A stretch of DNA of 64,000 nucleotides from Eledone cirrhosa (lineage: Eukaryota): assembly GCA_964016885.1 (NCBI GenBank), contig OZ024755.1:27714001-27778000 (forward strand), read 5' to 3'. Under the pieces are notes generated by a model. The model saw only the letters and a program-made list of their open reading frames with translations, made no database searches and had not been told where the DNA came from. This document shows positions 57,724-64,000 of the stretch, one piece after another; positions within the stretch are counted from its first letter, which is position 1; each line of letters starts with the position of its first letter. The translations under genes and the position numbers were made by a program.

Positions 57724-57725
<2 letters not shown>
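56795..57725 (-). mobile_element. Non-autonomous Helitron
   Basis: Minus strand begins A|TCTATATATATAAAA followed by (GTCT)n and ends CTAG|T, with hairpin CCCG(GCGTTGCT)CGGG at 56807-56822; internal short tandem repeats at 57100-57256. Confidence 0.8.
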
Positions 57726-57805
<80 letters not shown>

Positions 57806-57857
57806 AATGAAAATTGACAACTCTGGTCATATGTATATGTGTTTGAATGTGTGAGTA

Positions 57858-57941
<84 letters not shown>

Positions 57942-58390
57942 AGTGAGTGAGCTGTGTACACACGTGTACGTGTGTCTGAATGTAGAAATAGAACGTGGAG
58001 TGAAATCTTCTCTCTTTAAACCGGAAAAACCAGAAGGCGTTATTTCTTTATTCTCATTATTATTAAGCTCCTCTCTCTACGTTTAACGTCATGCAGAAAA
58101 TTAACATGGACTGGTGCCAAACTATCACAAGCTAATGAGTTTTTCTTCCTGTTAGTGGCTGTGTGTGGTTGTTTGTGGCTGTATGTGGTGGTGTGTGGTT
58201 GTTTGTGTGTGTGTGTGTGTATGTGTGTGTGTGTGTGTGGCTGTTTGTGTGTGTGTGTGTGCGTGGTTGTGTGGCTGTATGTGGTTGTGTGTGTGTGTGT
58301 GTGTGGTTGTGTGGCTGTATGTGGTTGTGTGTGTGAGTGTGTGTATGTGTGTGGTTATGTGTGTGTGCGGGTATGTGTGTTTGGTTGTGT

Positions 58391-58421
<31 letters not shown>

Positions 58422-58422
58422 C

Positions 58423-58483
<61 letters not shown>

Positions 58484-59918
58484 CGTGTCTCTTTAGTGCC
58501 TTTCAGCGTACAACATGACATTTGTTTGTTAGAAACCATTTTAGTTCAATTGATAATCTAGTAAATGCAAAACAATATTGAAAGGATAAAAATAAAAAAA
58601 AAACTGATAAAACGGAAAATTATAATTTTTCAACAATTCAGATTTTCCAACAAATTATTGGAGCAATTAATTTTTAAATACCTGTGTTGTTTCAAAAGGT
58701 CTACCTAGACAACAGTAACAACAGCAACAGCAACAGCAACAACAAAAGCTTCAACAACACCAAAACCTTTTGACGTTGAACATTTAACAGTGGAGTTTTC
58801 CGGCGTTTCTAGTCCCCGTAAAATCTCCCTACTCACTGCTATCGGGAAAGAGTTGGCCACTCGCAGCAGGAGTGTACCCAACGAGTTTGAATGGCAATTT
58901 CAATACGTCTCCTTCACTATTTTCCGCGGCAACATTTTCTCCATTCTGCAGACCTGCCAACCTCTAAAATCCCAAACGGGAAGTACCATGAAAAAAATTG
59001 ACACAAAACGGGGAGAAATGAGGCAAAACGGGGAGATTTTATTTTATATAATGAAAGCTATACCAAAGTGGGTGGGAGATCTCCTCGTCGGACGGAAAGA
59101 GTTGACAGTTCTGATTCTGTCCGCTGGGACACCAGGGGTGTCACAACAACGCCCCTATGACTTGAGCTTCCAGACGGATGTCTGGAATCATCGGTGCATA
59201 GAGAATGTTTAAACAGGTAATTAAAATCCTAGTCTTCAGAACATTTATATAGTTACATAACTATTGCCAGTGTCAGTGACATCATATAGAAAAGCAGGAG
59301 TTACAAAAGGATGTTATGCTACAGAAAACAGAGTATAAGGAGAAATAGTGGAAAGTGAAATATTGAGCATATTATATATAAAAAGATATTGTTTAAGGTA
59401 ATACATGTGCAAAAGATACAAGCAAAAAAATGTAAGATAAGATAGATACAAGATATCATAGCATTGAAAAGCAGGTAATGTTAAGGGTATATAATGCAAA
59501 AGTTAATAAAATTAATAAAGGCATGCATGAGGTAAGAGTTATATAATAAATGAAGCAAGCATATTTCATATAGAATGTAAAAGTATGTTAAAAGTGTTAG
59601 AAATGTTTAAATTTTTTTAAATGGCATGCAATATGGTAGAGAGATATGTGGTGATAAAATGGATAGATGTTATGTAATGCAAAAAACGTAATTAAATTAG
59701 ATAGGTAATTGTCATTCAAATTTAATTATTCAAATTTAATTCGACCAATCCCACTCTCTGAGCATCGAAAACATTACCCGAAAAGGAGAACTGGTCAACA
59801 TCATCGGATGCTTCCGAAGTCGCAGGTTTTCTTTCAGAGTTTCCCTCTCTTAGAAAGGTGTTGTGACAAAAAGGTAAAAAAATAAAACAAACAAAAAAAA
59901 AATCTCTATATATATGTG

Positions 59919-59957
<39 letters not shown>

Positions 59958-59962
<5 letters not shown>

Positions 59963-60477
59963 AAGTGTTAACATTTTAGTTTAGAACATTTATTTGCTGA
60001 CAATTGTTTCTTCCAGAGGGAAGTCTGGAATCATCGGAGCATATGGAATGTCGAAACATGTGACTAAAATCCTAGTCATTTAGAACATTTAGGGTACATA
60101 ATTGTTGTTAGTGTCACAGGCATCATGTGGAGAGTCAGGAGTTAAAAAGATGTTTTGCTTGAGAGAACACAATTACAGGCAGCACTGGTTGAAAGTGTAG
60201 GAGGTACAAGCGAAGAGTACAATAAAAAAAATACAGGCAAAAAAGTTATAAGCAAGGAAAATTGGTGTACAATGCAGGAGTCAGTACAGTCAATAAGGCA
60301 TGATGCCTATGACACTAACAACAATTATGTACCCTAAATGTTCTAAATGACTAGGATTTTAGTCACATATTTCGACATTCCATATGCTCCGATGATTCCA
60401 GACTTCCCTCTGGAAGAAACAGTTGTCAGCAAATAAATGTTCTAAACTAAAATTTGATCGTTTTAACACTTTGTATC
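59958..60477. mobile_element. (TA)n-associated element with ~170-bp inverted repeats, each with a CCGATGA-variant HHR (59995-60041 minus, 60385-60431 plus)
   Basis: TGCT-CCGATGA-TTCCAGA(CTTCCC)TCTGGAA-GAAA-CARTTG-TC-AGCA; related fragment at ~59165-59310. Confidence 0.8.
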
Positions 60478-60601
60478 TCGGCTCTGTAAAACACTTGAAA
60501 ATTTGCATTGAGCCTTTTATCATACCGGTAACCGCTAGTACTTAGCACTACCCTCCATATTTATAGTTGTATTAAACATATATAAATATAAATATTCTTA
60601 T

Positions 60602-60664
<63 letters not shown>

Positions 60665-61920
60665 CACACAAGAAGAACAAAATAAGTGAAGCTAAGCGTC
60701 CATTCTGTTAACGCGTTTCATTAAAGAAGAAAAAAGAGAAATATAGAGATATGACAGCTGAAGAAGATATGTGAACTCATGTTATATTCAAGTTATCCAT
60801 TCTTGTAATTTTCTTGCATTCCCTATAGAATTTGACAACTGTTTTTATCACTAAAGATACAGACATGGTGCAATAGTCCACTATCTTGTCGGCATTTATA
60901 CTATAAGTCAGCCTTATGTTATTTGAGAATCTGTTAGTGTCAAAACATTTCAGCCATGATTTATAATAGCTTAAGAAAAACAGTAAAAATTGATAAAAAG
61001 GAAAATAAAATAGATAATAACTATATTCATAGAAATTCTGAGAGGACATTTCTGAATATGTCAAAGAATTTAATTTTCTTCGTAGCCGTGTCTAATAAAT
61101 AATACAAAATAATATTTTGCCATTCCACCTCATATTCAATTAAGTACTAAGCTTACATTAATCGCGCCAGCAATCTGATGATATTTTCGCCATTTTCTCC
61201 TCATCTTCTGCTTATACAGAAATATTACTAATATCAGTTTTATCATTCAGAATAAAAAACGTGTAATTGAAATCATTATTAGTAGGCTGTTCCATAATAA
61301 TAGCGAGCCAATTTGTCTTCTAATAACTAATTCAGTGATCAGCTGTCTATATATTTATCTATTAGTTGAGGAGTGGATATTTCGTTTTATGGAGTTGTGT
61401 TATTTTATTACTTATAATGTGAACAATATACACGAATTATTACTTCTGTTCTTTTGCTTAGTTTTTTATTGTTTACTTTATAATATTTGTTCGAGATCTA
61501 AGATCCTTGTGGGCTGAATTTTTCTCCTTTTGGTATCGGTATTAATCGTATTATAACATAAGCTGAGCGTTGATATATTGTAAATATTTCAAAGATAAAT
61601 GTGATTGCACACATATTGAAGGAGCATTTATCAAAATATTGGGTTTCAAACCTAAATTACACTTTGTTTCTGCCTTCGAAACAATCCCGTGTTATAACGC
61701 ACACACACATGCTTACGCGCGTGCACAAGTATAGCACTTTTTACAAAACATTTTTTTTTTCCATTATCCACTTTTCTAAAAAATAAATCATACATAAAAC
61801 GCCAGCATCAACAATTTTGCAAGAGATGTCAACATGAATGGATCTGTTATTTTTATCTAAACACATTTTTTCCAATTCCACCCCGCCCGTCCCCTCAATC
61901 TATTTTACTTTTCATTCTTT

Positions 61921-61955
61921 CTTCTGATGAAGGACTAGCGTCCGAAACGTTAACA
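61921..61955 (+). ncRNA. Degenerate minimal HHR (Penelope-type CTGATGAAGG...CCGAAACGTT)
   Basis: CTGATGA-aGGAC(TAGC)GTCC-GAAA-CGTT; stem I is poor. Confidence 0.55.
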
Positions 61956-62042
61956 ACCCTCTTCCTGCTAATCAAGCATTAACCTAATATATTACTTCCA
62001 TATACTGTACCGATTGTGTTGTTATTCCTGTTTACCTTTTAC

Positions 62043-62075
<33 letters not shown>

Positions 62076-63657
62076 CAGTGCCCCGCAAAAGTTTACAACA
62101 CATTAGGAAAAATACGGTTTTAGGTATTTTTAATAAAGTTAGGGTAATGAAAATTTAACTACTGATAGAACATATAATGAGGCATTTAATGATACAATCA
62201 TATTTTAAAAAAAATAACAAGGAAATAACTAATGAAGAAAGATCAATATTTTTATAACGCAAAAGTTTACAACACATTTTATATTTATCGCTTTTTTTCA
62301 AGAAAATTCTTAAAATTTCAGATTTAAAATTCAGTAGAATGTTCTAGATTAGGTTTAAGGTAACTTCTAAGGACTATTAAAAACATTACGCCATTATTTG
62401 TCTGACAACCATCCTGTAAACATTGACAACCGTCCTGTAAACATTGACAATATGGGGAAAAATAAACTGATTGATCAAGACCTCCGTAAACGCATTGAAG
62501 ACCTTCATACAAATGGTGTTGGTTATAGAAAGATATCTTGTCAGTTAAATGTGCCATTGAGTTCAGTTAGTACTATAATTCGTCACTGGAAATCTCATCA
62601 TTCCATCTGTCCTCTAATTAGATCTGGTCGTCCTAGAAAGATAACGGAACGTGCAGCTCGGTTATTGATGAGAAAGGTTGGCAACGAACCCCCAGTGTAC
62701 TCTTAAAAATCTTCAGGATGACCTAGAAGGAAGTGGAGTAAAAGTGAGCACAGATACAATTAGTCGTTCACTTCGTCGATATGATATCTTCTCGAGGTCT
62801 CCAAGGAAAACACCACTTCTTACGAGGAAACACGTTCTTCGTCGATTAAATTTTGCAAATGAGCATCTCATCAAACCTGCGTCATTTTGGGAAGGTGTAC
62901 TTTGGTCGGACGAAACAAAAATTGAACTTTCTGGTCGAAATGCTGTGGCAAAAGTCTGGAGAAAGAAAGGTACTGAATATTCGCCGAAGAATACTATTCC
63001 AACTGTAAAATTTGGAGGTGGATCAATCATGGTCTGGGGTTGCTTTAGTGCCACAGGTGTAGGAAATATTGAAATAATAGAAGGAAGAATGGATGGCGCT
63101 TATTATAGATGTATTTTGCAAAAGGAATTTACATCAAAGTGCACATTCTCTCAGCTTAAAGCCAGGTTGGTTTTTTTCAACAAGATAACGATCCAAAGCA
63201 TACTGCAAAGCTAACACAATCTTGGTTAAGTACGAATGGAATAAATGTTCTAAAATGGCCAAGTCAGTCTCCAGATCTTAACCCGATCGAAAATTTGTGG
63301 AGAGAACTGAAACTCAGAATTCAAAAAAGGAAACCCCAAAATATCCCTGAACTAAAGAAGATTTGTTATGAAGAATAGAAAAATATTAGCCAAGAAACAT
63401 GCAAGAAATTAGCAACAAAGGTTACGCTACGAAATATTAAGAGATGATTTAATAAATGTGTTGTAAACTTTTGCGTTATAAAAATATTGATTTTTCTTCA
63501 TGAGTTATTTCCTTGTTATTTAAAAAAAAATATGATTGTATCCTTAAATGCCTCATTATATGTTCTATCAGTAGTTAAACTTTCATTACCCTAACTTTAT
63601 TAAAAATACCTAAAACCGCATTTTTCCTAATGTGTTGTAAACTTTTGCGGGCCACTT
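62076..63657 (+). mobile_element. Full-length Tc1 DNA transposon, IR/DR type
   Basis: ~204-bp TIRs at 62076-62279 and 63454-63657, each bounded by the direct repeat GCAAAAGTTTACAACACATT; TA flanks within (TA)n. Confidence 0.95.
62452..63440 (+). pseudogene. Tc1 DD34E transposase, disrupted by frameshifts and a stop
   Basis: Paired-like HTH, GRPRK, WSDETK, VWGCF and QQDNDPKH...SPDLNPIE (34 residues between D and E); frameshifts near 62690 and 63120-63178, stop at ~63376, C-terminal deletion. Confidence 0.93.
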
Positions 63658-63934
63658 TATATATATATATATATATGAAAACCCGACTTCCCACGGGTAC
63701 AAGCCGAAGCTGAAGCATATAGACAATATTCCCCCACCCCCTACCACTGCAAAATAGCACCCACCACTCACTGTAAATGAGGTTGGTGTTAGGAAGGGCA
63801 TCCAGCTGTAGAAATCAAGCCAGAATCAGTTCCCGTATGAGCAAGACGAGGTCAGCCGTCGGGCACTGCCCACAACAGGACAACCCGTCTAACCCATGCT
63901 AGCGTGGAAGAATGGGCGTAAAATGGTGATGATG

Positions 63935-63976
<42 letters not shown>

Positions 63977-64000
63977 GTGAGGTTTTTTTTACAAAATGAG

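Noticed and set aside
60777-61064. 95-aa minus-strand ORF in non-repetitive AT-rich DNA
   Set aside because: No recognisable domain or splice support; compatible with chance

Overview
AT-rich, microsatellite-saturated eukaryotic (animal) DNA with one 200-N assembly gap. The SINE and microsatellite landscape resembles an octopod cephalopod genome, but that is inference. No intact protein-coding gene is supported, and almost all ORF-track entries are simple-repeat artefacts. The window is a mosaic of transposable elements: many tRNA-derived SINEs, RTE- and Tx1-clade LINE 3' fragments with target-site duplications (TSDs), a full-length but frameshifted DD34E Tc1 element with IR/DR ends (62076-63657), a mariner fragment, hAT-, piggyBac- and pogo-type MITEs, and two non-autonomous Helitrons. 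The main hidden signal is RNA structure. Short non-coding elements embedded in (TA)n tracts carry more than 20 hammerhead-ribozyme (HHR) motifs from several unrelated families. These include a 166-167 bp tandem retrozyme-like array and a 12-copy family (family A) whose hammerhead strands occur in a non-circularly permuted order. That fold is supported by compensatory base changes between copies and by truncated copies that begin just after the predicted cleavage site. All folds were read by eye and none has been tested.
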